IMG/VR virus record: IMGVR_UViG_3300007276_000003
Coordinates: 1-61,021 of that record
Reading direction: 5' to 3' (one strand)
Length of the DNA: 61,021 bases
Source of the DNA: a virus
Taxonomy: Duplodnaviria > Caudoviricetes
The position numbers and the translations under genes are program-made. The notes beneath the pieces were generated by a model that saw only the letters and a list, made by a program, of their open reading frames with translations, was not told the DNA's origin and made no database searches. Numbering within the stretch: position 1 is the stretch's first letter; every line of letters starts with the position of its first letter. Below are positions 17,296-27,457 of this stretch, piece by piece.

Positions 17296-20200
17296 TTAAG
17301 TTGGTGTTTCATCACAGTTACAACAAGAATCAGCTAGTGTACCTCTTCTACACAAATCAATTAACGTAGGAGTTCTATAGTCATATATAATATATAAATA
17401 TTGTTCACTACCACTAGGTACTGTAAAGTCTGCTTTATAGTAATCAGGAGCCAATGAAGAATCTATAGGAGATGCAACACTAGAAGCTGCAATAGCTTGA
17501 GCAACTGCTTGAGGTGTATTAGCATATAATGTATTACTTCTTAGGTATCTAAACTTATTAGTATTAATATCAAAAGTTGCATCATCCTGACTGTACTTAT
17601 TGAATGCCATTGTTACAGTAGAACCGTCAGGAGGTATACTTCCAACACCCTGAACACCTGCAGTTATTTGGTAATAACTAACAACAGGATTACCTGCTCC
17701 TGATAAGAATGTTACTGCTTGAGAATTAACAGGTGATATATACCCATTTTGTTCCCAATTAAAATCGTTATGAATGGTATCGTCTGAATCCAAATCACTA
17801 GTAGCACATATATAAACTACACTCATTTGTTTTTCTTCAGGACAGTTAACTGTAAATTCAATCTCTACACTTCCTGAACTTACAACCTGCAAATCAAATG
17901 TTGTTGTATTTGCTAAACTTTTATTAAAGGTTAAAGTACCTGATGTTGAAACAGGACCTGTTGTAAATGCCACACCATTGTAAGTTGCAGTTAAAACCAC
18001 ATTCCCTGTAATGTTTATAATACTGTAGTCTATGTTTACATCACCTACAGTAGTTCCCAACTCATAACATTTTTCTAATTCATTATTTAGTTGAACTAAA
18101 TACTGACCTGTTATACCACATTCTATACAAACTTCTTCTATAGGTAGTGATATATTATTAGCAGCTAAAACAAACTCATTCATATACGGGTCATAACCTC
18201 CTAGTTTTTGAGTATCAACCTGAGTATTAAATAAATCTCTAAACCAACTACGCATACCAAAAGAAGATATTACCATCAAAGAATCATTGGTATAACTTGT
18301 ACCACTAAGCATTAGCACTACTCCTCTTTTAGCATCAGTAAAATATTTTTCAGGACCCCATTGAACAAAGCTTTCAGGGTTGTTACTTATACCAAATTCT
18401 TCAATCCTAGCTATCTGCGTTCCCAAAACTTCAGGAACAGACTGCAATAAATTTCCTGTACCTGCATCCGATAATAAATTTTTACCTGACAATACATAAG
18501 ATATTTTATCTTCTTGTAATGTTAATACATCTGTTTCTCTAGCAAACATCTTTTCAATAGGACCAAAAGATTCTTCTAAAGCTTTAAAGTTTAGGAGTCC
18601 TCCGTTAAACTCGTTTAGTCTATTAATATTAGACTCATCATTAAATACCCCACTATATGTTATGTCTGCAAATCTTCTTATTTCTTGATAATCTAAAGCT
18701 TGGGTAGATGTTACCCTATTCCCAAATATTAATTGTTTACCAAGTAGACTATCTCTTATTTTGTAACTTTCTACACCATTACCAAAAGAATAACAGTTGA
18801 ATAAACCTGTATTAACTATCCCTGCTTGTGTTGCAGTTTGAGGTTGAATGTCTGTAACGTGACTTCCTTGTGGCACAGGCTGAGAATCAATAGTAATATT
18901 TGCAGGGTCAACAGGTGGTGTTGTAGCACTTGTTGTCATAGTACCACAACTTCCAAAAATTTCAGTAATTGTTTGAGCAGGGTTACATACTATTTGTTGC
19001 CCTATACCATTAAGGTCTACATAGTTAAAAGCAATTGGACTTGGTTCATCTGTGTCTACACTTATATCAAAAGAACAAGTGGTTGAATTTGTTACAATTG
19101 GAAAAGAATCAGCACCTTCATACCAAATATCCGGTGAAGAATCAATTGGTTCTGACTCAAATACAATAGTATCTTCTGCTCTAAATACTGTAATTTTTAT
19201 TCTAGCAAGTGACCTTTGTTTTTTTGTTCTACTACAGGCTCTTGTTCCTCTTACGAGAAACAGTAATTGATTGGTTGTATTGTTTCTGTAAAACTGATAA
19301 TAGTTTGTACATAAGTCTTGTGGTATATCACTTGTACTATCACCTAAATCACTTTCAAGTAATGTAGATAAATAAGTGTTTGCCGGTGGACAAGAATTAT
19401 CTCCTGCAAAACCAACTCCATTATCTAAAGTATCTCCAATGTTATCACCATTAAACCAATCTGCAAAATTATCATAATCACTACTTGCAGCATATGTTTC
19501 TTCTAACTCGTATGTTCTTCTTTCACAAGCATTATTACCATCCCCTCTACCAATTCTTCTAAAATAAAAATCAAATACAATTCTAGAACCTGCAGGTATA
19601 TCGTAGTCTGTAAAAGATGAACCCGGTATGTTAGGGTCTGCTCCACTTAGGTTTACAGGATATTTAACTAATGGATAGTGGTCTTTTCTGTCTGCCGTTG
19701 TTTGTCTTTTTCCAAAGTCTACAACTGCACCTTCATCTACTTCAGCATTAAACTGAGTAGTGTTAATTTTCATATACGTTCCTGATGGTTGAGGAACATA
19801 CTCATCAGCACCACCACCCTCTACAGGAATCTCTAAAAAGTCTGCAGTCTTTGATTCTTTTTCTAATACTGTAGCAGTTACACATCGAGTTAATGGACCA
19901 TCTGTATCTGTCTTAACTATTAATCTTTGACCCTCAGTAATTTTAGAAGAGTTTTCACCTTCTAACAAAAAGTAAGCTGCAGAAGAGTTTGGGTCTTCAA
20001 AAAATATATTAGTATAAACTGTTTCGTATTTTTCTTTATCAGGCTTTACAACAAACTTATATCTTTTTGCCCAAGCCGGAGCAATTTGCGAAGTTGGTAA
20101 AGTTACTTGAATACTATTTTTAAAGTAAGACATTCCACAGGGAAAGTGCTCAGTATTGTTAAGGCTAACTAAAGTAGGTGTTGCTCTATTAAACTCATCC

Positions 20201-21981
20201 ATATACACCATACCAACTTCATAACCTCTATTACTATGAAGACTTTCGCCAACTCCAATTTTAGCATACACAACTTCTCCAAATGTAATTTCATAATATT
20301 CATATACATTCTGAGTAGGTGTAGCTACATCATCTACAAATTGTACTGCAGGTAACTTTAGTCCAATGGTATTAGAACCCGGACTAGTTACAATTTCGAT
20401 TGGTTGAGGTCCACCTGAACTTATACCACCATCATACTTGTTTAGTAAATCTAAATCAGAAGGTATACTACAGTAGAACACATCAGTAAATGAAGTTCCA
20501 TTACAAGAATTATTTTCAGGGTCTGCTGCATCTTGTAAAGGTTTAATGTTACTAAGAGTACCAACTTGGTCTTGAAAACTCTGACTTGTTGCATATTCGT
20601 AAACACTACTAAAATTTTGATTTACATTAAATATATATCCTATTTCTAATTCAGGACTTGTTTCAGTAGGAAACGGTGCAGTACCATTAAACGATTCGTG
20701 CTTATATTTTAAAGTAACCTGAATTGCTGCACCTGAAATTAATTCAATGTCACTTGGAAAGTCTATATCAAATTGTCCAACTGAAGTATTACTAGGTCCT
20801 ATGGTGTAGTTTACTGAAGATGTACTATCATCTACATCTTTTAAACCAATGTCATCATTAGTTTGAGTAGTAAAGAATGTCAGTCTTGTTGGATTTCCTT
20901 GATAGTCAATCAAATCATAACCTTCAACATAATTACCATACATTAATCTATTACCCATTAATGTTTGTGCCTTAGCTAATCTAGGAACATTATCAAATAA
21001 TCTTAATATTTCAGCTTCAGGAAGAATTGTAAATATCTTACTGTTAGTAAAAGTATATGTATAATCTTGATTGTTGTTGTATGCGTTTTCTGTTTTGTCT
21101 AGTTTCTCTATAATTTTTACAACATTACTATCGTTATCTTTAAACAATAGGTCTATACCTTTTACTAATGGACCACCTGAATTAAAAGTAATCTCAGCAG
21201 TATTAGTAAAGTTTATCATACCCTCATTCAAATAACTATCAGGAGAGAAAGTAAAACCACCGGGAGTAAATGCTGCAGTTGAAAACTGAGATGTAGCAGA
21301 ATACTCATCATCGTTATATTTATATCTATAGCCAAAGCAAAGAAACCTATCTTCCATATATGTAGACTCTCCTGCCGTAGCAAGTAATCTGACATTAGGA
21401 GAAGTAGTAGGTGGTTTTTTAATAACCATAATTTCATCATATGTGAAACCATCTAAACCATTTGCAGGGTCACCATAATTAAATGTTACATTAATTTTTC
21501 TTGGAGGATTTATATTGTCTGTAAAAAATAAAAGTCTATTATCTACAAAGTCAACACCTGTTATAAGATAATCAGGGTCAAAGTTTAATGTTGTTTTAGT
21601 TCCTGAACCATCATCAACACTTATAACGTGATATGTAACTGCTTGTGAAATTGTATTATAAGAACAAATCATATCAACAATACCTACAGGAGCACCTGCA
21701 CCCTCAAAGGTTGGGTCGTGTACAAACCAATAAATAGTTTCATTAGCACTATCATCATAGGCTCCAATACAACGAGCAGCAGTACTTAGTGGTGTACCAT
21801 TATATCTTAACGTAGTAAGTTTGTCATTACCCTTAGAGTTTTCAATAACTCCAATCTCTGCTCCTTCAGTAGAACCCATACGAACATTTAATGCATCAAC
21901 GTACTCCCCGTTTGGAACGAGTCGTTCATCAACCATTTTATTCATTTTGCCCTGCGTAAAGTTTCTTGTCGTGTTCGCCAT
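17296..21981 (-). CDS. Tail stabilization/nozzle protein
   Basis: 1561 aa; N-terminal GKMNKMVDERLVPNGEYVDALNVR and GNRLMYGNY, typical of Bacteroidota podovirus/crAss-like stabilization proteins. Confidence 0.7.
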   Translation of the reverse strand: MANTTRNFTQGKMNKMVDERLVPNGEYVDALNVRMGSTEGAEIGVIENSKGNDKLTTLRYNGTPLSTAARCIGAYDDSANETIYWFVHDPTFEGAGAPVGIVDMICSYNTISQAVTYHVISVDDGSGTKTTLNFDPDYLITGVDFVDNRLLFFTDNINPPRKINVTFNYGDPANGLDGFTYDEIMVIKKPPTTSPNVRLLATAGESTYMEDRFLCFGYRYKYNDDEYSATSQFSTAAFTPGGFTFSPDSYLNEGMINFTNTAEITFNSGGPLVKGIDLLFKDNDSNVVKIIEKLDKTENAYNNNQDYTYTFTNSKIFTILPEAEILRLFDNVPRLAKAQTLMGNRLMYGNYVEGYDLIDYQGNPTRLTFFTTQTNDDIGLKDVDDSTSSVNYTIGPSNTSVGQFDIDFPSDIELISGAAIQVTLKYKHESFNGTAPFPTETSPELEIGYIFNVNQNFSSVYEYATSQSFQDQVGTLSNIKPLQDAADPENNSCNGTSFTDVFYCSIPSDLDLLNKYDGGISSGGPQPIEIVTSPGSNTIGLKLPAVQFVDDVATPTQNVYEYYEITFGEVVYAKIGVGESLHSNRGYEVGMVYMDEFNRATPTLVSLNNTEHFPCGMSYFKNSIQVTLPTSQIAPAWAKRYKFVVKPDKEKYETVYTNIFFEDPNSSAAYFLLEGENSSKITEGQRLIVKTDTDGPLTRCVTATVLEKESKTADFLEIPVEGGGADEYVPQPSGTYMKINTTQFNAEVDEGAVVDFGKRQTTADRKDHYPLVKYPVNLSGADPNIPGSSFTDYDIPAGSRIVFDFYFRRIGRGDGNNACERRTYELEETYAASSDYDNFADWFNGDNIGDTLDNGVGFAGDNSCPPANTYLSTLLESDLGDSTSDIPQDLCTNYYQFYRNNTTNQLLFLVRGTRACSRTKKQRSLARIKITVFRAEDTIVFESEPIDSSPDIWYEGADSFPIVTNSTTCSFDISVDTDEPSPIAFNYVDLNGIGQQIVCNPAQTITEIFGSCGTMTTSATTPPVDPANITIDSQPVPQGSHVTDIQPQTATQAGIVNTGLFNCYSFGNGVESYKIRDSLLGKQLIFGNRVTSTQALDYQEIRRFADITYSGVFNDESNINRLNEFNGGLLNFKALEESFGPIEKMFARETDVLTLQEDKISYVLSGKNLLSDAGTGNLLQSVPEVLGTQIARIEEFGISNNPESFVQWGPEKYFTDAKRGVVLMLSGTSYTNDSLMVISSFGMRSWFRDLFNTQVDTQKLGGYDPYMNEFVLAANNISLPIEEVCIECGITGQYLVQLNNELEKCYELGTTVGDVNIDYSIINITGNVVLTATYNGVAFTTGPVSTSGTLTFNKSLANTTTFDLQVVSSGSVEIEFTVNCPEEKQMSVVYICATSDLDSDDTIHNDFNWEQNGYISPVNSQAVTFLSGAGNPVVSYYQITAGVQGVGSIPPDGSTVTMAFNKYSQDDATFDINTNKFRYLRSNTLYANTPQAVAQAIAASSVASPIDSSLAPDYYKADFTVPSGSEQYLYIIYDYRTPTLIDLCRRGTLADSCCNCDETPT

Positions 21982-21982
21982 A

Positions 21983-22906
21983 TTACTTAATCCACTTATC
22001 TCTACCCCTCATATTCATTAATAATCTTCCGGGGTGTATGTTACTTATTCTAATTTTTGCATTTCTTAATAGTGCTGCACTTTTCTTTCTAAGTCTTGCT
22101 ACTATATATTCCTGAACTCCTACTTTAGAGCCAAGAATTGCGTATTCAATAGATGCATAAATGTAATCTTCAAATAGTTTGTTTACTTGTACCAAACCAT
22201 CATTACCATTTTCCATACCATCAGAAACATATTCAAGTATTATCAATTCATTTTGCACACCTGAACTAAAATTAATTACACCACCTTTAGGGTTTATCTT
22301 AAAAGTAGGATTTGCATTAGCAGTTTCTGTATTTAATCCATAACGTGCACCAATGCCATATTCAAAATACCAATTACCATCACAACAATATCCGGACTTG
22401 CCATACATTTTTGAGTTTTGGTTTAGATATATTGATTGTTTACCACCTCTAATTCTTTCGTAGTCAATAGTAGAATTTTGTGGAGATAAAGCATTACCAT
22501 CAATGTCAAATAATATTCTACAATCATTATCTTGCAGGTAAGCACTTGACCAATTAGTTTGTATATTTTCTGTCAAAGGTTTTAGTAAACCATTTTGATA
22601 TAAAGAAACTCTTACCCAATTAACGTAGTCAGATGGTAAAACATATCTTAGTGTATCACATACATTTAATTCTAAGATTTTAATTTCTTTAAAGGCATCA
22701 TAGTTTAATTCTTGTATTGCACGTTTTGCGTGAAATAGAACCTTGTATCTTTCTTCATTATTAACAAGACTGTGGTTTCCTGAATACATTAACATAAAGT
22801 TGTTAACTATATCTTCTAAAGAAACATATTGATAAGAACCCCAATTTGCATTCTCAGGTTGTTGTCCACCATTCTCGTAATATTGATATTGAGTTATATA
22901 AGCCAT
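21983..22906 (-). CDS. Tail tubular/adaptor (ring) protein
   Basis: LPSDYVNWVRV motif; position after the capsid gene. Confidence 0.6.
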   Translation of the reverse strand: MAYITQYQYYENGGQQPENANWGSYQYVSLEDIVNNFMLMYSGNHSLVNNEERYKVLFHAKRAIQELNYDAFKEIKILELNVCDTLRYVLPSDYVNWVRVSLYQNGLLKPLTENIQTNWSSAYLQDNDCRILFDIDGNALSPQNSTIDYERIRGGKQSIYLNQNSKMYGKSGYCCDGNWYFEYGIGARYGLNTETANANPTFKINPKGGVINFSSGVQNELIILEYVSDGMENGNDGLVQVNKLFEDYIYASIEYAILGSKVGVQEYIVARLRKKSAALLRNAKIRISNIHPGRLLMNMRGRDKWIK

Positions 22907-22908
22907 AA

Positions 22909-23877
22909 TTATCTTTCTGTTGTTGTGTTAGCAGTTTCTTGTGCCTGTCCAAATTGTACTGAACTCACCTCTCTAATTGACATACCTGCATACTGTAATA
23001 TTTTATTTACTAAATTAACCTCATCATCCAAAGGCAGTTCAAAGTCTTGATAGTCTGCAGCACTTTGGTCAAACGAAGGTTCACCACCCGGTAAATCAAC
23101 ATATGTCCATTTAGGTGGTCTAGGAAATCTAATGTATTGACATTGTACTGAACCGTACTTATCTATAGTATCAGGATATAAAACTAGATTTGGTTCTTGA
23201 TGTGAGTAAGCCGGAAACATTAAATTAGGAGCAGTAAGTATTGAGTTATTTAACATAGTTATTTTACTGTTCGTAACCTTTTCAGCTTCCTTAATAGGCT
23301 TAGTTGAATATATCAAATACTGCATTTGTGGGTTTATAAAACTATCAAATGGATTTCCATTGTAGTCAACTAAGGTTAACTCAGTTTCACTAACAACTAC
23401 ACTTACATAACCAACCTCAGGTGGGTTAGCTGAAAGATTTACCACTATATCATTTACTTGTACACCACTAGCAATAAAGGTTGCAGTATTATCAATTAAA
23501 GATTGTATCTGCAAAGCAGTATTGGTACTACTAGCAAGTAGCTTTGAATATATAAGTACTTTATTTAAAAGATAATAGCTATCACCCGTAGTAGTTAAAC
23601 TAGGTGTAAAAAATCTATTACTATACTGATGCGATAAAAATTTTGTTTCAGAAAACGTATTTATTACTTCCTCTAATCCTTTCGTTATATCAGCATACCC
23701 TGTCCCTGATTGACGAGCATTTTCTTTTTGTAATTGATAATTGTACTGATAAAAATAATTTTCAAATAAATCTAACTGTGCTTGTTTAGCATATAAGTTA
23801 AAGTCAGATGGGGATATGTAACCATAATTATTTTTATTCAGAACAGACATTACCGTTTGTCTAACTGAATTTATCAT
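22909..23877 (-). CDS. Tail tubular/adaptor (ring) protein
   Basis: NKNNYGYISPSDFN...AQ and YIRFP motifs; position. Confidence 0.6.
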   Translation of the reverse strand: MINSVRQTVMSVLNKNNYGYISPSDFNLYAKQAQLDLFENYFYQYNYQLQKENARQSGTGYADITKGLEEVINTFSETKFLSHQYSNRFFTPSLTTTGDSYYLLNKVLIYSKLLASSTNTALQIQSLIDNTATFIASGVQVNDIVVNLSANPPEVGYVSVVVSETELTLVDYNGNPFDSFINPQMQYLIYSTKPIKEAEKVTNSKITMLNNSILTAPNLMFPAYSHQEPNLVLYPDTIDKYGSVQCQYIRFPRPPKWTYVDLPGGEPSFDQSAADYQDFELPLDDEVNLVNKILQYAGMSIREVSSVQFGQAQETANTTTER

Positions 23878-23892
23878 CTGTTTTCTTTTTTA

Positions 23893-23900
23893 CAAAGATA
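23893..23900 (-). promoter_or_regulatory. Bacteroidota-type -7 element
   Basis: TATCTTTG upstream of 23877, just after a terminator. Confidence 0.55.
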
Positions 23901-23903
23901 ATG

Positions 23904-23937
23904 AAAAAAAAAGACCCCTTCGTTTTTAGAAGAGGTC
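23904..23937 (-). terminator. Rho-independent terminator
   Basis: GACCCCTTC/GAAGAGGTC stem with A9 on the plus strand (U-tract on minus). Confidence 0.7.
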
Positions 23938-23971
23938 CTTAATTTAGTATAGGTTAAGTTCTATTTTCTAA

Positions 23972-24724
23972 CTAATCTAATAAAGATTCTAAGTGTTGTA
24001 GAACCTCAACCCCATCATCTGATTGCATATATTGACAAACTATATCAAGAGCCTCTTCTCCAAACGGTACATTAAGCAATTTGGTTTTATTAGATGCAGT
24101 ATTAAACCATACCTCTTTCCCACTTTTTCTATAGCCTAAAAGTCCATTGTCAAAGAATCTCTGTACAGTTCCCATAAGTTTTAAATCAGGGTCTTTAATT
24201 ACATCTAAGAAATCTGAAGGATTGGTTTTAGCATAAACTAAAATATCTCTTTTCATCTCTGCAGTAGAAACTTTAGATGTATCAGTATTAAATAGTACTC
24301 TACATACATTTTCTAGCTGCTCTAATGATAGTTTTTTAGCTTCAACTAATGCATCAGCTTCAACCAAAAGTGCATCTACTTCTGCTGCTGCATCTTTGCT
24401 TTCGTCAATCTCAGTAAATGTTTTACCATTTAAAGTATGATAGTGTAAAAACTTTTGTAGTATTTGATTTTCTTTAGGTACATATAAAAAACCATCTTCA
24501 AAAATAATTGGTTCTAGAACCACATTTTTATCTTGCTCATCTCTGAAACAAGAGTTTTGGTTTCTTGCATATCTAAGTTCACGGTTCTCACCTGTGCTCT
24601 CATCAAAATGTAATAAAGGAAATCTTCTTGAATGTTTTGTTGGTAGCATATAAGTGAGAGGTGCTACTCCTCTTGTTAGCTTGTAGCTTTTGTCTACAAA
24701 CTTTTGTTGCTTATTTTTTTTCAT
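23972..24724 (-). CDS. Hypothetical protein downstream of the capsid gene
   Basis: 250-aa ORF. Confidence 0.6.
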   Translation of the reverse strand: MKKNKQQKFVDKSYKLTRGVAPLTYMLPTKHSRRFPLLHFDESTGENRELRYARNQNSCFRDEQDKNVVLEPIIFEDGFLYVPKENQILQKFLHYHTLNGKTFTEIDESKDAAAEVDALLVEADALVEAKKLSLEQLENVCRVLFNTDTSKVSTAEMKRDILVYAKTNPSDFLDVIKDPDLKLMGTVQRFFDNGLLGYRKSGKEVWFNTASNKTKLLNVPFGEEALDIVCQYMQSDDGVEVLQHLESLLD

Positions 24725-24747
24725 TGTATTTAAAATTAAATTAAAGT

Positions 24748-24776
24748 AAAAAAAGGGGGGAGAAAACTCCCCCCTT
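24748..24776 (-). terminator. Rho-independent terminator after the capsid gene
   Basis: AAGGGGGGAG-AAAA-CTCCCCCCTT stem-loop with an A-run. Confidence 0.85.
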
Positions 24777-24790
24777 AATAGTTATCTATC

Positions 24791-26224
24791 TTATGCTTGG
24801 AATAAGAAGAAGTTGTTAGCACCTAAAGTACATACTGCTCTTTCAGATAAGAAGTGAACTTCCATAGCATCTTTGCTAGAAGTTCTTGCTCCACCTGCAG
24901 AACCTGTAATCCAAGTTTTGTAACGTCTGTCTTCTGTTTCTGAAGCTCTATATCTAACGTGCAAGAATGGTCTTTTTGCATTCTTACCTAGGATTTGGTC
25001 ATATACTGAAGTAGAACCGGCAGGAACTAAAAGTCCATTAATTCTACCTGACCCTGCACCTGCAGGTAAACCACCCCTCATTGTTGGGTCGTTCAAGTAT
25101 TTCCAATCAGACTTATAGAAGTCGTAACCTCTTCTAAATCCTGTGAATCCTAAGTTAAGTGCCATTTCTCTCTCATTGTCAAATAGACCATAAGAAACAC
25201 CACCTGCTGCATTAGAAGATTGCTCAGAAAGCATATCGTCAATGTCAAAAGAGAAATCTCTATCAACAAATACAACATTCTCTTCGATAGCACCTTGCTT
25301 GTCTAACCTTGAAATAATAGTATCCCATTGGTCTAATTGGTCAGGGTTACCACCTGCCCACACATTACCTCTCTGTCCAACAACATAGAAGATTCCTTCA
25401 GAACCTTTGTTACCGTAATCAGGGTTAACTGCAGGATTGATAGCACCACCATTAGCCTCAGCAGGAACTGCTTCAATCATAGCCGTTTCTAGGTAGTCAT
25501 CGAATCTCAATCTAGTTTCGTGCTCAGACTTCAAATACCATAGGTATCCGTTAGCACCATTCTCAGTAGTTACTTCTACCCATCCAATTTGAGCCATATC
25601 AGAACCTGATACCTCATACTTATCTTTAATGATAATTGGAGAGTTCTCGAAGATTAGGTCGTCAGCTTCTAAGCTTCCAATCATTCCGTCAGTTCCTTTT
25701 TTAAATTCAGAACCGTAGATGAAAACTGTGAACTTCTTACCTGCACCTGCTACAGGAATACCGTCTGCAGGATAAAATGCTACATCGAAAGTGAAGTTAG
25801 TTAAATCAACTGCAGTTACGATTCCTTTTACAGAACCACCACCTGCGTTGTCACTAATCATTACTGTCTGACCTTTTCTAATAGCAATACTATTAGTAGC
25901 ACCGAAAGCAGGGTTACCTGCATCGTTTACAGTAAAAGTAGCTTCGTCAGCATTAATTACTGCTGCCGTAGTACAATCTACATATTTAGTATGCAATCTT
26001 CCTTGTTCTGCCCATTTAATAAGGTCAGAGTTAGATGGCATTTCTGCTCCTACCATTCTTAGGAAGGAACTAATTGTTCTATTACCGTATCTTTCAAATT
26101 CTTTTTCATAAGTATCAGGTAGATACTGATTCAAGAAGTCGAAATTGGTAATATAGTTTGATGCAACCGGCACTTGTTGTGCTGATGGTTGTAAATCAAA
26201 ACCGGGTACACTTTGTACACTCAT
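24791..26224 (-). CDS. Major capsid protein
   Basis: 477 aa after scaffold and portal, followed by a strong terminator; WAEQGRLH motif. Confidence 0.8.
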   Translation of the reverse strand: MSVQSVPGFDLQPSAQQVPVASNYITNFDFLNQYLPDTYEKEFERYGNRTISSFLRMVGAEMPSNSDLIKWAEQGRLHTKYVDCTTAAVINADEATFTVNDAGNPAFGATNSIAIRKGQTVMISDNAGGGSVKGIVTAVDLTNFTFDVAFYPADGIPVAGAGKKFTVFIYGSEFKKGTDGMIGSLEADDLIFENSPIIIKDKYEVSGSDMAQIGWVEVTTENGANGYLWYLKSEHETRLRFDDYLETAMIEAVPAEANGGAINPAVNPDYGNKGSEGIFYVVGQRGNVWAGGNPDQLDQWDTIISRLDKQGAIEENVVFVDRDFSFDIDDMLSEQSSNAAGGVSYGLFDNEREMALNLGFTGFRRGYDFYKSDWKYLNDPTMRGGLPAGAGSGRINGLLVPAGSTSVYDQILGKNAKRPFLHVRYRASETEDRRYKTWITGSAGGARTSSKDAMEVHFLSERAVCTLGANNFFLFQA

Positions 26225-26250
26225 AATTTCTAATTTTTTAAGTTTAACAT

Positions 26251-27399
26251 TTATTTATTTTTACTTCTAATCCGTAGACCACTTCTACTTGGTGGTGTTA
26301 CAGATTTGATTTGCAAACCGTTGGTTGACTTAGTTACTTCAGGAGCAGTACGAGTTGACATATTTACATTTTTCAACTTCTTCATAGTTTCATCTGCTGC
26401 TGCAGATTTCCCTTGCTCATAAAAAAACTTTGCAAACTTTTCGGGATGCATCGCCATTGCTAGTGACCTGTGGTATCCTGCTGCATCTTCCAACTCCCCA
26501 TTTTCTCCTAAGAATTTTTTTACAAAATTCTGTGGATTGTTTTGAAGGGACTTGAGTTCTGTAGCATCACCCGGAGCAAAACTAAATTTCTTGTCATCTA
26601 ACGTAAACTCAAAACCTTTGAACTCACTAAACAAATCATTCGTCTTCTTGTCATACAACTCTCTCAAACGAGATTGTTGTTCCTGAACTGTCTTCGCTTC
26701 AGCTATATATTTACGATAGTCTTCCAATTCTTTTGCTGACTCAGAACTTGTCAAGTTATCTCCCCTTGACTCAAGAGGAACTTTATATAGTTCTTGTTGC
26801 TTCGCAAAAAAATCTTTGGCTTTCGCAATAGTTTTTTTCTTTGCTAATTTAATTTTTCTTATTTGCTTTTCATCATCAAGTTCTTCGTCAAATGAATAAT
26901 CCTCCATAAGGTGGTTTATGTCATCTGCATCTAAACCTTTTTCAGTTGCAGTAAGATATTCTCTTAGCAATCTATCAGGTTCCATTTCATCGTAATTCTT
27001 TTGCATTTGAGCAAAGTCATCGAATCCACGACCTGTTTCTTTTTTATACTTTAGATACTTAGCTACATCTTCAGGTAGAGGTTCTTCCTCTCTCTGTTGA
27101 TTTAACTCGTCAAGAGATTTAATCTCTTTACCGTATCTGTTTCCAATAAATTTAAGAACGTCTTCCTCTTTTAACTCTGAGGATTGAGTTTCAATTTCTT
27201 CTTTTACTTCAGGTGTATCTTTTACTTCTGTTTTTTCTTCAGGAGTAATTTCTTCTTTTAATTGTACCTGTTGTGTTTCAACTTTTTCTACAGGAGGTGT
27301 ATCACTAAGTTTCTCTTCGTGCTTCTCCAATAGTTTGTTTTCAATTTCTTGTACTGACTTCTGTTCAGTACCTTCTACTGCTTTAACTTTTATTTCCAT
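26251..27399 (-). CDS. Putative scaffolding protein
   Basis: Acidic, helical, between portal and capsid genes. Confidence 0.6.
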   Translation of the reverse strand: MEIKVKAVEGTEQKSVQEIENKLLEKHEEKLSDTPPVEKVETQQVQLKEEITPEEKTEVKDTPEVKEEIETQSSELKEEDVLKFIGNRYGKEIKSLDELNQQREEEPLPEDVAKYLKYKKETGRGFDDFAQMQKNYDEMEPDRLLREYLTATEKGLDADDINHLMEDYSFDEELDDEKQIRKIKLAKKKTIAKAKDFFAKQQELYKVPLESRGDNLTSSESAKELEDYRKYIAEAKTVQEQQSRLRELYDKKTNDLFSEFKGFEFTLDDKKFSFAPGDATELKSLQNNPQNFVKKFLGENGELEDAAGYHRSLAMAMHPEKFAKFFYEQGKSAAADETMKKLKNVNMSTRTAPEVTKSTNGLQIKSVTPPSRSGLRIRSKNK

Positions 27400-27422
27400 A
27401 TTATATTAAATTTAATTTTATA

Positions 27423-27430
27423 CAAAGTTA
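27423..27430 (-). promoter_or_regulatory. Bacteroidota-type -7 element
   Basis: TAACTTTG upstream of 27399. Confidence 0.55.
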
Positions 27431-27457
27431 CACAAAAAATCATATAGTTTTAGACAA